DNA from: a virus
DNA length: 64,000 nucleotides
IMG/VR virus record: IMGVR_UViG_3300025009_000896
Coordinates: 19,189 to 83,188 of that record
Reading direction: 5' to 3' (one strand)
Below the pieces are notes generated by a model. The model was not told the DNA's origin, did not search any database, and was given only the letters and a program-made list of their open reading frames with translations. Shown piece after piece: positions 8,937 to 18,239 of this stretch. Made by a program: the position numbers and the translations under genes. Every line of letters starts with the position of its first letter. Positions within the stretch are counted from its first letter, which is position 1.

Positions 8937-9974
8937 TTAGTGATTAGTAAATTCCCTTAGAAAAGACTCTTTTTGCTCAACAGACCAAGTACAACTATAA
9001 TTAGTAAGAAGTTTTAATATTTCATCCAATGGCCTTGTCTTAAGGAAGCGCATCTGATATTCGTTTGGGAATTTTTCCCAATGGAGTGTTTTAAATTGGT
9101 TGTCGGACTGAATCAAACCATATAAGAAGTCTAAGGTTTTATTATTAAAGTTCCTTAAGTTTTCAGAGATAAATTTATTAACTTCGTCATAGTTTAATAT
9201 CCTTGTTTCCATACCAATTAGACACTCTCCCAACAAAATTAGCTGCTCGCTTGATATGTTTTTATTATGCTTTGGCAAAGCAAAAAGATAATAGTAATTA
9301 GGTGTTCTCCTTTTAATGCTACTGAGCAACATTTCAAAAACATCGTCTTGTAAAATACAAGGGCTTCTCATTATCAGATCATGTGGCATATTGGTTTTCC
9401 CCGCCCCATATTCAATCCAATATTGCCCTATTCCGAAAATACATCCATTTGTATTATAGTTGGGTTCTCTGACGTACTGTATTACCTCCTCTTTTGTATA
9501 ATCAAAAGGCATTTTAAACGATTCTATAAACAACACGTCCTTTGTACAATCAGACATTATAATTTTGAGTAAATTAACTACAACCTCTTTTTTTGAATAA
9601 AAGTTTACTGCTAAGTGTACGGCAAGGCTACCGTCGTTTCGGTTACAATACCATCCGTTAGCCTCTTTTTCAATATTAAAGATATTTAATAATATCCTTT
9701 CAATAAAAAGAAACTGATTTTGCTGCTTACTTTTAAAGTATCCTTGGCCGTCATCTTCTGATCGTTTTATTTTAGCAAACTCAGCTCTTAAGTAATCAAG
9801 TAGTCCTATTGCTATTTTTGAGTTGTCTACCTGTTTTTTTAGAATAGACATTTCCTTATATTGTTCCGAGTTTATGTTTAGAGCGTCTATTAGCTCTCTT
9901 TCTAATGATCCAATTTTTTCTGCAATTTGCTTAGACGCAAATTCGTTTAAATCAATTTCTAATAAATTATCCAT
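8937..9974 (-). CDS. hypothetical protein, AT-rich
   Basis: 345-aa ORF with no motif recognised. Confidence 0.65.
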   Translation of the reverse strand: MDNLLEIDLNEFASKQIAEKIGSLERELIDALNINSEQYKEMSILKKQVDNSKIAIGLLDYLRAEFAKIKRSEDDGQGYFKSKQQNQFLFIERILLNIFNIEKEANGWYCNRNDGSLAVHLAVNFYSKKEVVVNLLKIIMSDCTKDVLFIESFKMPFDYTKEEVIQYVREPNYNTNGCIFGIGQYWIEYGAGKTNMPHDLIMRSPCILQDDVFEMLLSSIKRRTPNYYYLFALPKHNKNISSEQLILLGECLIGMETRILNYDEVNKFISENLRNFNNKTLDFLYGLIQSDNQFKTLHWEKFPNEYQMRFLKTRPLDEILKLLTNYSCTWSVEQKESFLREFTNH

Positions 9975-9985
9975 AACTTTATTTA

Positions 9986-10732
9986 TTAAATTACCATTGC
10001 TATAAACCTTCTCTGCACTGCGTAGTACAGCTTGCCGTTATCAAAGTGGGCGTTGTAGCCCTGCCGCTCTAAGGGAATAGGCTTCGTCCCCGGAAGGAAC
10101 AATACCTCATCGCCCTCTTCTAAGTCTTCAAAGTCTGTCCAAGTCTTGTTCTCGTACTCAATATTACAGGAGCCACAGTATTTTATATGTCCTCTGGTTT
10201 CGTCTATCTTCGCCTCGGATAGCACATCCAAGGAACCTAAACTCTTCTGTTTAACTTTCTCTATTATGCAGTACCCGTTAAGACAGATAACATCCTCTAC
10301 CCACTTACTATCGAACTTACTTACCCACCTCCTTCTTTTTGCCACGAACATATCGTCATATGGTATAAGCCTATAAACTGATTCCTCTGTTCTTATCTCT
10401 GCACAGTTGGTAGCAGCCATAGGGTTAAACCATACTAAGTCATCTTCTTTTATCTCTATGGTTGACCTCCATGACGGGGAGAACGAATCATTCCTTTTGA
10501 AATAAAACTTCTCAGGCACCTTGACTACCCTACCGTACACGTCTGCCACGTCTGCTATGTGGTTATCCTTACCCTCGGCATACTGTATGTCTTTGTTAAA
10601 GCCTACGATGATGCCCGATACCGTCTTCTGCTCTTCTTTAGCCTGCGGTATCTCTACCAACACAAGGTTGTGATAAGGCATCTTAATGTTGGCAAGTTCT
10701 GCCTCGGTTAGGTTAGTCTTGTTGATTTCCAT
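9986..10732 (-). CDS. tandem GroES-like domain protein
   Basis: NLVLVE...KTVSGII...YGRVVKVP...IKEDDLVWF; second repeat with LEEGDEVLF. Confidence 0.7.
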   Translation of the reverse strand: MEINKTNLTEAELANIKMPYHNLVLVEIPQAKEEQKTVSGIIVGFNKDIQYAEGKDNHIADVADVYGRVVKVPEKFYFKRNDSFSPSWRSTIEIKEDDLVWFNPMAATNCAEIRTEESVYRLIPYDDMFVAKRRRWVSKFDSKWVEDVICLNGYCIIEKVKQKSLGSLDVLSEAKIDETRGHIKYCGSCNIEYENKTWTDFEDLEEGDEVLFLPGTKPIPLERQGYNAHFDNGKLYYAVQRRFIAMVI

Positions 10733-11081
10733 GAGGGAACCCCTTTAAGTTATCAGAGGCACGATACTTGATCTTTTTATCTATCGTAGCCTTCTCTATC
10801 ATTTTTTCTAAGTCAGTGCCCTTGCAGTTCCAAAACAGAATAGCAGTTCCCGTTAGCCCCATGAAGCTCTCTTCCGTTAACCACATAGATGCAGTAGCTT
10901 CTCGTCCCGAAGATTTTATGTTTTCAACCGCAAGTATATATCCTTCATCGTTTTCTAATGTAGATATGCTAACAATTCTATTGTCGGAAAACACCGCCTG
11001 TACAAAATCGGTTATAGCAATCTCCCTCTCGTTAGGAGAACCCGTTGCTACCGTTACGTGTCCATAGTTATTCTGCTCCAT
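10713..11081 (-). CDS. hypothetical protein
   Basis: ORF; start moved to MEQNNY. Confidence 0.55.
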   Translation of the reverse strand: MEQNNYGHVTVATGSPNEREIAITDFVQAVFSDNRIVSISTLENDEGYILAVENIKSSGREATASMWLTEESFMGLTGTAILFWNCKGTDLEKMIEKATIDKKIKYRASDNLKGFPHGNQQD

Positions 11082-11313
11082 ACAATACCTCCACGTCTTT
11101 TTCGTCTGACACCCACAGGCTATAACCCTTCTCAAAGCTCACCAAGTACCCCTTGCCGTCCTCTATTATCTCCACCACCTTGTCGGCTGTATTCACCGGC
11201 AGGTGGACGGTCATGCCCACAGCATAGGTTACGGTTATCTCAGTAGGGAACCTGTTGTCCTTATTGTACCCTGTTGTTTTTCTCTGATAGCTTATGGCCT
11301 CTATTTTTCTCAT
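11068..11313 (-). CDS. hypothetical protein
   Basis: ORF with overlapping start/stop coupling. Confidence 0.55.
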   Translation of the reverse strand: MRKIEAISYQRKTTGYNKDNRFPTEITVTYAVGMTVHLPVNTADKVVEIIEDGKGYLVSFEKGYSLWVSDEKDVEVLYGAE

Positions 11314-11564
11314 TTAGGTTCGTTGGATTTGATGTTTAACCAATATTGATAAACGCCCTCAATGTCCCTTTCAGTCCCATCATCATCAAAAAACATGATC
11401 TTCCCAGCATCATTTGGGGCACAACCCTCACAACCTATTTCATCTTGCCACATAAACCACTCGATAAACTCCATGACGTGAGCAGTAATAGCATCGGCAG
11501 ACCATTCTGCGCCATCAGTAGTTTCTTCGTGTGCTTTGATAAGTTGCAGTATCTTTTCTCTCAT
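11310..11564 (-). CDS. hypothetical protein
   Basis: ORF; start moved to MREKIL. Confidence 0.5.
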   Translation of the reverse strand: MREKILQLIKAHEETTDGAEWSADAITAHVMEFIEWFMWQDEIGCEGCAPNDAGKIMFFDDDGTERDIEGVYQYWLNIKSNEPK

Positions 11565-11577
11565 AACTATCTGAATA

Positions 11578-11991
11578 TCAAAACGGTAATTCACTGTTGT
11601 CATCCTCGGGTGGGTCTAATAGCCTCGTATCGCTGATGACCGCATCAATCTTCCCGTCCTTAGCCGGAGTCTTGGCGGGCGCATCTGCCACTTCCTTGGC
11701 CACGTCATAAGCCTTAAGCTCGGTGAAGTGCATAGTCTTATCCTTGCCCTTGAACTCATGCCCGGCCAAAGAGAATTTGACGGTCAGTTTATCTCCGGGA
11801 CGAACCGAATCCAGCAAACTTATCTTATCATTAACAAGAATAAACTCTGGTGTCTCTAACCATGATGATGTTCCTGCATCTTCTCTTATTGCTAACCTAA
11901 AAGATATCTTCTTAAAGGTTGACGTTGTACTCTCGAACTTATTTCCTATCTCTAAGAGATGTCCTGTTACTTCTAATTTGTTGTTACTCAT
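11578..11991 (-). CDS. DUF3127 OB-fold single-stranded DNA-binding protein
   Basis: LEVTGHL...FKK..F...PEF....DK..LLD....GD...V.F.L.G.E...FTELKAY; acidic tail ending DDNSELPF. Confidence 0.85.
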   Translation of the reverse strand: MSNNKLEVTGHLLEIGNKFESTTSTFKKISFRLAIREDAGTSSWLETPEFILVNDKISLLDSVRPGDKLTVKFSLAGHEFKGKDKTMHFTELKAYDVAKEVADAPAKTPAKDGKIDAVISDTRLLDPPEDDNSELPF

Positions 11992-12012
11992 TATTTATGT
12001 TTGTTGGTTTTA

Positions 12013-12483
12013 TTATATGATTGTTTTCTTGTAGTCTGCAAGATTAACAATGTTCATTCTGCTAATAATGTCGTTCTTTGCTGCACGGTATGCTTGATTA
12101 GCCTCATTGCGTTTTGACTCAATAGACTTAAGTTCGGACATGAGTAAGGCATTTTCTTCCTTCTGCAACATATATGACTTGATATCGTAATCTGATACCT
12201 GAATCTGCTCTCCATTTTTTTCAGCAATAAACCTGCCGTCTTTTCTTATACCGATGATTTTTAGTGGTAAGTATTCCCTACCATATTCTGCGGGGATGGG
12301 GACAACAACAAATGGGATAAACCCCGTATTCGTCTTTTTATAGTCATCAATAAACTTCTTTACAGCAGTAAACGACGAACTCTCCTTCGTATTTTCATCA
12401 GTAACAATACACTGAAATTTCTCATGGGTAGTATCGAACTCTATGTCAAACCCCCGGTAGTTTTCTATTAAAATTTTACTCAT
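12013..12483 (-). CDS. hypothetical protein
   Basis: 156-aa ORF. Confidence 0.6.
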   Translation of the reverse strand: MSKILIENYRGFDIEFDTTHEKFQCIVTDENTKESSSFTAVKKFIDDYKKTNTGFIPFVVVPIPAEYGREYLPLKIIGIRKDGRFIAEKNGEQIQVSDYDIKSYMLQKEENALLMSELKSIESKRNEANQAYRAAKNDIISRMNIVNLADYKKTII

Positions 12484-12579
12484 AATTTTATTTTTTACTC
12501 CTTTTGTTATCTAATAGCACGCCTATCCAAATCACAAGCAGCACTGTTGCCAAAAGTAATAAGTATTCTAACGTGTCGC

Positions 12580-12864
12580 TCATAGCCCACAGATTTTGCG
12601 GTCTTCGTTGTTCATGTACTCCACTCCATCAAGTAACTCCCCGCGCCACTCTTTCTTAAATGGGAACCACAGCCTTTGCATAGCATCCCAAAGGTCGTTG
12701 CCGCTAACCCACTCACAAAATACCATATCCTGCACCCGCCCCTTCTCGTCATAATATGTTACACAATCGCATGAGTGGCTATGGTGACAATAAAGAACGT
12801 GTGTTTCCGTACTCGCATAAGACCCTTCGGATTGGTAGGTGGTTTTTACTGTTGTGTGGCTCAT
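12580..12864 (-). CDS. hypothetical protein
   Basis: ORF just downstream of a promoter. Confidence 0.55.
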   Translation of the reverse strand: MSHTTVKTTYQSEGSYASTETHVLYCHHSHSCDCVTYYDEKGRVQDMVFCEWVSGNDLWDAMQRLWFPFKKEWRGELLDGVEYMNNEDRKICGL

Positions 12865-12881
12865 AGTTTCTGTTTATTCAG

Positions 12882-12913
12882 CAAAGATATATATTCAATT
12901 CGAGATTTGCAAA
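12882..12913 (-). promoter_or_regulatory. Bacteroidota promoter
   Basis: TTTG-N20-TATCTTTG on the minus strand. Confidence 0.75.
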
Positions 12914-12920
12914 TTTATTT

Positions 12921-13325
12921 TTAAGCTCCTTGGAGGTTAGGGTTTGCAAAGCCCCTATATGCGTTTCCCTTTCCCAACGCAGACCTAAATTCCTTTATGG
13001 TACGGTCTTGTATATTTAATAATTGAGTTATATCAAACGTTTCCACATCTTCATTTTTTATTCTCATTACCTTAAGCCCACACTTTTTAACAAACCCGTC
13101 CCTACTACGATCATATCGCTGTGCTAATTGGTGACATCCACCATCAATCTCTATATTTAACATTTTTAGCGGCAAAACAAAGTCTAAAATGTAAAAGCCC
13201 AATATCATTTGGCATTTATAATCTACCCCAATAGTTTTTAGTTTCCCCTCAAACAATCCCTCGGAGGGGGTCTTCTTCGTTATTAGTCTTCTCTTATGTT
13301 GTTTTAATTGTTTCGCAGTTTGCAT
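12921..13325 (-). CDS. DUF559 / Vsr-like endonuclease
   Basis: TPSE...Q..LGFYILDF....LNIEIDGGCH...YDRSRD...GLKVMRIKNEDV. Confidence 0.85.
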   Translation of the reverse strand: MQTAKQLKQHKRRLITKKTPSEGLFEGKLKTIGVDYKCQMILGFYILDFVLPLKMLNIEIDGGCHQLAQRYDRSRDGFVKKCGLKVMRIKNEDVETFDITQLLNIQDRTIKEFRSALGKGNAYRGFANPNLQGA

Positions 13326-13492
13326 ATTTTATCATTTTGCGCCCGCCCCCGGCAAGCAATTCTCTCGTGTTTTTGGTGTTTAATGTAAAAAACTCAAAAA
13401 GCAGAAGCATTTTATTTACTTTTATTTCTTTTAATTTACTTTCATTTACTTTAATTGCATAGATATATGTATGCGTTCGCATCAAATGCCCA

Positions 13493-13858
13493 CTAATTGT
13501 CATTTAGCTGTTTTTTACGCTCTCTTTCCCACCTTTCCAGTGCAGCCTTCCTTGCCGCCTCAGATTTTTCTTTTCTTAGATCAAGTCTTTTCAGCACTGA
13601 TTCACTATAAAAAATATCATCATCACATTTAAAAAGGCCGTAGTTCCGTATAATGCCACCTATGCGGTCGCATGATTCCTTGAAATCAACGGACATAAGT
13701 TTAACAAACTTTAATGGGAGATACCCGCCTTCCTCATAAAGCATTTCTATTAAACACCAATAAATTCCAAGGCCCACCATGCCCTCGTTAATAAACAAGT
13801 CCCTCATTTTTGGATCACTACGCGCATTGTAGTCGTGGGAAAAATACTCTTTACTCAT
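13493..13858 (-). CDS. DUF4373 (Lin1244/Lin1753-like) N-terminal domain protein, putative replication initiator
   Basis: YFSHDYNARSDPKM...G.GIYWCLIEMLYEEGGYL...FYSESVLKRL...KSEAARKAALERW. Confidence 0.85.
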   Translation of the reverse strand: MSKEYFSHDYNARSDPKMRDLFINEGMVGLGIYWCLIEMLYEEGGYLPLKFVKLMSVDFKESCDRIGGIIRNYGLFKCDDDIFYSESVLKRLDLRKEKSEAARKAALERWERERKKQLNDN

Positions 13859-13870
13859 AACGTAAATATT

Positions 13871-14004
13871 AAAGCCCCCATAAAAGAGAACCATCGGGTG
13901 CTCAACAGACAAGATATGCCGTCTCCGATGGTAAACTCCTCTATGAGGGCTAATGATATTTCAGTTAATTTCAGCATATCTCTTTGTTGAGCACTTCAAA
14001 GATA
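13871..14004 (-). promoter_or_regulatory. promoter plus structured 5' leader
   Basis: TATCTTTG at 13997-14004; 5' segment (13974-13994) complementary to the loop (13898-13919) of a long hairpin at 13873-13951. Confidence 0.65.
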
Positions 14005-14160
14005 GTAATAATTATTTATATACGTTTTGTCAGGTTTAACCTGACTGTAAATCCCTAGAGCATACCTATGAAAATGTTATCTTTGTCTTCGAGGGCCACC
14101 GGCCAACCTACCTGAAGAATGGAATAGACTTGTTGACGTAGTGTTGGGGTGGCCCTTATT

Positions 14161-14940
14161 TTAACTTCTAAACAGCTTATTGCCATTAATTCTGAGGTTG
14201 ATAACCTCGAACTCTCCTGCATCATTAACCTCTACTCGGGCACATCCGTGATTCCAGTTATTTATGCGGGCATACTCGGGATGTTCCTCTCCTAAGTGAC
14301 CTACCGACCATGTACTTATCAATTTTCCGTCAAGGGCGGTTTCATTGTGTTGTGAGGTACGATGAAGGTGACCACAGATAGCAGTCTTCTTTGTTTTAAG
14401 AAAAAGGGAGCGTGCGGGATTGACTGACACCCCCGCAAGGTGAACCTCGTGGCCGTGAAGAACGGGGAGGTGGCCTATATAGATAATACGTTGATCTTTT
14501 ATGACTTCAATCTTACGTTCTCCACACTTTAATAGCGTTTCAAGCTCAAACTCTTCTATGCCCAAAAGCACTGGGGCATTGCGTATTAAGAGGCGCTCCA
14601 ATCTCTCCTCGTGGTTGCCCAATTTGTAGAATGTTGGGGCTATTAGGCTACATATACTAAGGAACTGGCCGAAAGCGTCTATCTCCTCCTTCGTGTTCCT
14701 CTTACGGGGATCAGGGTTGAACTTACTTAATTGATAACAGTCCATACCGTCGCCGTTGATTAAAATGGCATCAATATTTTTCGCAATGCCATAGTTAAGC
14801 GTTTCCGTTATTGACCTTATGTTATGGTACGGAAAGTGGAGGTCTGATATTATGAGCCAATTCTTGTACTGTTTGGGTACGTTGTAATGCTCAAATGACT
14901 CCTCGAAACTTTCGGGGAGATTAAATGGGTTGTCTAACAT
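14161..14940 (-). CDS. calcineurin-like metallophosphoesterase
   Basis: ISDLHFPYH, INGDGMD, LGNHE, LHGHE, CGHLHR motifs; start moved to MLDNPF. Confidence 0.9.
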   Translation of the reverse strand: MLDNPFNLPESFEESFEHYNVPKQYKNWLIISDLHFPYHNIRSITETLNYGIAKNIDAILINGDGMDCYQLSKFNPDPRKRNTKEEIDAFGQFLSICSLIAPTFYKLGNHEERLERLLIRNAPVLLGIEEFELETLLKCGERKIEVIKDQRIIYIGHLPVLHGHEVHLAGVSVNPARSLFLKTKKTAICGHLHRTSQHNETALDGKLISTWSVGHLGEEHPEYARINNWNHGCARVEVNDAGEFEVINLRINGNKLFRS

Positions 14941-15148
14941 ACTTCTTATTTTTAAGTGATTGTAATCTTTTTGATCCCTGTACGCCACGATAGTATCTAA
15001 CCCTCATGCGAGCACATTCAATATCGTGGAATAATTCGGGGTGTTCTTTTGCTAAAACTCGTGCTATTGTTCTATTACCGGCATCGGGAAACCTATCGAG
15101 GGTATCCCATATTACCTGTTGCAACATTTTTTTATATCCGGCGTTCAT
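14921..15148 (-). CDS. small basic protein overlapping the phosphoesterase start
   Basis: RTIARVL...ARMRVRYYRG. Confidence 0.6.
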   Translation of the reverse strand: MNAGYKKMLQQVIWDTLDRFPDAGNRTIARVLAKEHPELFHDIECARMRVRYYRGVQGSKRLQSLKNKKYVRQPI

Positions 15149-15399
15149 TATTTTCTCTTGCCGCCATGTGTCCTATCATCAATCTCGGCATCAACTGCCT
15201 TCCATGACAATTCCAGAGAACTTAATCTCTTATCTCTGAAATCTTTTTCTTCTCTTCGTCTCTTTTCATAGCCTTCTTCGTGGGCTTTATGATACAGGTC
15301 TCTTAGTATCTTTTCTATTGCCTCTTCTGATATTGGCACCTTGGCAAGTTTGTGGGCTATTGTAGGGCACAAACCGATCTGCGATATAAACTTTTTCAT
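15148..15399 (-). CDS. hypothetical protein
   Basis: ORF downstream of a promoter. Confidence 0.55.
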   Translation of the reverse strand: MKKFISQIGLCPTIAHKLAKVPISEEAIEKILRDLYHKAHEEGYEKRRREEKDFRDKRLSSLELSWKAVDAEIDDRTHGGKRK

Positions 15400-15421
15400 A
15401 TGGGTTTGATTGATTTGATTG

Positions 15422-15510
15422 CAAAGATAAACAAAGCCAACGAATTAAACAAGTAAAAGATAAAAAAAGTGAAATTTATTTTGAAATCTCGAAATAAAGA
15501 ATTACCTTTG
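15422..15510. promoter_or_regulatory. divergent promoter pair
   Basis: Minus TATCTTTG at 15422-15429; plus TTTG (15480) then TACCTTTG at 15503-15510. Confidence 0.7.
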
Positions 15511-15528
15511 TGTGGTAAAATTGAAAGC

Positions 15529-15813
15529 ATGATTACATGGGATAACATAAAAGTAGGAAACATATATAGGGTGAAACAAGATGTGTTTGCTACTACTCCG
15601 TGGGTTCATCTATTAAAAATAAGGATAACGGGAGTAGATTCAGACAAGAAACTTGTAACGTTTGAGCGATACACAACTGGCTCCATAGACCCCGGACTAC
15701 AACATGTCTATTGTGATGATGTTGTTGGTATCAATAAACTCTTTACGGAAGACATGCGAACACACATTAAATATATAAACAAGCGGAGAACAACACAATT
15801 TAAGATAAGATGA
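15529..15813 (+). CDS. hypothetical protein
   Basis: Start moved to MITWDN, downstream of the promoter. Confidence 0.55.
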   Translation: MITWDNIKVGNIYRVKQDVFATTPWVHLLKIRITGVDSDKKLVTFERYTTGSIDPGLQHVYCDDVVGINKLFTEDMRTHIKYINKRRTTQFKIR

Positions 15814-16097
15814 GCGAAGAAAAGAAAGATGCCAAGTTTTTTGTTTATAAGTTTTGGCCTAAGTTAATAGAGCGACTGACGGTAGCAAAGGTAGCAATGG
15901 AGAACGGGATGGACATAAGTGATAAAGACCTATCACTAATAAAAGCACAACACAAACTATACTATAATGGAGAAGTAGAGTTTGATGACAGTTTAAGTTC
16001 TGTGGATTCTGCCATTTCGACCACTCAGGGCGAATTATTCAACAATGTTGTCATGTCCGAGTGCGACGGCACAGGAGTTGTTAAGAACGATGCATAA
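15810..16097 (+). CDS. hypothetical protein
   Basis: ATGA overlap. Confidence 0.55.
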   Translation: MSEEKKDAKFFVYKFWPKLIERLTVAKVAMENGMDISDKDLSLIKAQHKLYYNGEVEFDDSLSSVDSAISTTQGELFNNVVMSECDGTGVVKNDA

Positions 16098-16116
16098 CCA
16101 AATAACTTAAAAAACA

Positions 16117-16374
16117 ATGGCAAGAAAATTTTATTTCTCCGATTCGTTTTTCGATGATTTCATAGACATCTTTACTCTTAGCCCCGATTTAAAGGTTTAT
16201 AACTCCAATGAGTATGAACTAAGGATCAAAGAGGGTGTAGTAGCTCGAAGAATCGCAGAAAAGGAGGAGTACATTAAGCGATTAGAGTTGCAAAGAGACA
16301 TAGAGGCAAAAGGCTATGACAATCGTATTGCTGCCGTAAAAGACGAGATAGCACAACTAAAAAAGAAACTTTGA
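16117..16374 (+). CDS. coiled-coil hypothetical protein
   Basis: ORF followed by a terminator. Confidence 0.6.
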   Translation: MARKFYFSDSFFDDFIDIFTLSPDLKVYNSNEYELRIKEGVVARRIAEKEEYIKRLELQRDIEAKGYDNRIAAVKDEIAQLKKKL

Positions 16375-16400
16375 GTTGACATTTTACCGACCGACAGGAG

Positions 16401-16428
16401 AAGGGGAGAATAGTCTCCCCTTTTTGTT
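16401..16428 (+). terminator. intrinsic terminator
   Basis: AAGGGGAGA-ATAG-TCTCCCCTT followed by T tract. Confidence 0.8.
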
Positions 16429-16437
16429 TAACTTAAA

Positions 16438-16469
16438 TTTGGAATTGTCAAAACTAAATGCTACCTTTG
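16438..16469 (+). promoter_or_regulatory. Bacteroidota promoter for the glycosylation cluster
   Basis: TTTGGAATTGTC...TACCTTTG with 20-nt spacer. Confidence 0.75.
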
Positions 16470-16475
16470 CTAACC

Positions 16476-16787
16476 ATGGAACATAAAGTAACAGCCAAAA
16501 CCGAAAAGTGTCCTGAATGTGGGGTGTCTTGGGACGCCGGTAGCATCGTAGAGACGTTCAGACAACAAAGGGATAACGGAGAGAAGTGGTTAGGGGGGTG
16601 GTCTGACGAGAGAATTGAGGAGTATGTTAAGATGGCATACGCCCCTCCGTACAGATGGAGTAGGCTAATAGGCATAGAAGACCCTAAAATCTACGATGGC
16701 ATAAGTTGGTGGAAGTGCCCTGAGTGTAAAACCATGTGGGATAGGTGGACGGGGAAGGTATGTAAACCCAAGAAGCGCAAGAAATGA
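16476..16787 (+). CDS. zinc-ribbon phage protein
   Basis: CPEC...IGIE...YDGISWWKCPEC. Confidence 0.7.
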   Translation: MEHKVTAKTEKCPECGVSWDAGSIVETFRQQRDNGEKWLGGWSDERIEEYVKMAYAPPYRWSRLIGIEDPKIYDGISWWKCPECKTMWDRWTGKVCKPKKRKK

Positions 16788-17560
16788 TAAGTATAGTAAT
16801 GGCTGCCCACAATAGACGACAGCAGTTAATAAACACCTTAAATTCTATTGCTTATTACTACTCCGATCCTATTGAGGTTATCGTAATGGACAGCACTGAT
16901 GATCCCAATGAGACTATTGACGACCTTGCGTATGGATACCTATTTCCAGTGAACATAATCAAAAAGAACGTAGAGTGGGTCAACCCATGCGTAGCCTACA
17001 ACATAGGCTTTGATAAGGCTAAGGGAGACATAATAATAATCCAAAATGCTGAGAGTCTTCATGTAGGTAATATTCTTAAGTATGCAAAAGACAATGTTAG
17101 TGATGGGTTATACATAACCTTCGGAGCATACTCACTTGACCGCTCACTTGGAGAGGTAGACTTTGTAAAACAGAAGGATAGTTTACGTTCTATGGTTTTG
17201 GGGGCTAAGGATACCTACCTTAACGTTCACTCAGGGTGGTACAACCACTCTAAATACAGACCCGTTAAATACCACTTTTGCGCAGCCATCACAAGGCACG
17301 ACCTTGAAAGGATCAATGGGTTTGACGAGAGATACGGAATGGGCGTTGCCCACGACGACTGCGAGATACTTGTAAGACTTGAAAATGCGGGGATAAAAAC
17401 CACCATAGTTGACGACCCCTTTGTCATACATCAGTGGCACAAGAGAACCAATGCTAAAAGGAGAGACCCACTGTGGCAAAAGAACTTTCAGCTATATAAC
17501 GAATGTACTATGAAAGAGGGGCTGACCAAGGCTCCTGAAAACGTTTACTATGTCAGGTGA
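16784..17560 (+). CDS. glycosyltransferase family 2 with GT7-like C-terminus
   Basis: MISIVMAAHNR...AYNIG...AKGDIIII...INGFDERY...DD.E...RL...HQWH. Confidence 0.9.
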   Translation: MISIVMAAHNRRQQLINTLNSIAYYYSDPIEVIVMDSTDDPNETIDDLAYGYLFPVNIIKKNVEWVNPCVAYNIGFDKAKGDIIIIQNAESLHVGNILKYAKDNVSDGLYITFGAYSLDRSLGEVDFVKQKDSLRSMVLGAKDTYLNVHSGWYNHSKYRPVKYHFCAAITRHDLERINGFDERYGMGVAHDDCEILVRLENAGIKTTIVDDPFVIHQWHKRTNAKRRDPLWQKNFQLYNECTMKEGLTKAPENVYYVR

Positions 17561-18239
17561 AAATATAAATATGTTATTGTGGGTTACGAGTAAGTGTAAC
17601 CTGAAATGTCGGTTTTGTGTTGTTAAGTACATACAGAAGCTACTCCCCGATTACGAGATGGGTATGGATGAGGTTAGAAACTTTATTCAGTCGTCTCTGA
17701 ATCGCAACATACACTATCTGTGTATAACCTTTGCGGGCGGTGAGCCTGCAATGTGGCCATATCTGAAAAACGCAACCATGCTGATACTACAGAGCGGGAT
17801 AACCGACAGAATAGAGTTAGTGAGCAACGGCACAATACCTGAAAGGATATTAGCGATAAAGTCGGTGTTGTCTGCCTATGCGATAAGCACTACTCAATGC
17901 CCCCCTGAAAACATTGATAAGTTTGTGGGCACCAAGGTTGTCCTTAACAGTATGCCACATAAGCCACTACCATTAAGTCCCGTAGAAGATACACTCCCTG
18001 CGGATTGTTGCTCTAAGGTAGACCTGTTAGGTACTGAATCCAACCAACTTAACTACATAAACGGCAAGGTATATTATTGCTGTAATGCCCTATTGCAAAG
18101 TGAGCGTGTTGGTCTTACTGAAGACTTGGTATGTGATTTTAATGATGACTTTATTACTAAGTTTGCAGACAAAGCCTATGATAAAACTATATGTAAATAC
18201 TGTTTATGTAACTCGAAAGTATGGGAGAAACTAACATAA
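17550..18239 (+). CDS. radical SAM protein
   Basis: CNLKCRFC (CxxxCxxC), FAGGEP, SNGT, C-terminal Cys cluster. Confidence 0.9.
   Translation: MSGENINMLLWVTSKCNLKCRFCVVKYIQKLLPDYEMGMDEVRNFIQSSLNRNIHYLCITFAGGEPAMWPYLKNATMLILQSGITDRIELVSNGTIPERILAIKSVLSAYAISTTQCPPENIDKFVGTKVVLNSMPHKPLPLSPVEDTLPADCCSKVDLLGTESNQLNYINGKVYYCCNALLQSERVGLTEDLVCDFNDDFITKFADKAYDKTICKYCLCNSKVWEKLT

Noticed and set aside
14921-14988. Programmed frameshift fusing the 75-aa ORF to the metallophosphoesterase
   Set aside because: An ATG at 14940 overlapping the upstream gene's end explains the arrangement as translational coupling; no convincing slippery site.
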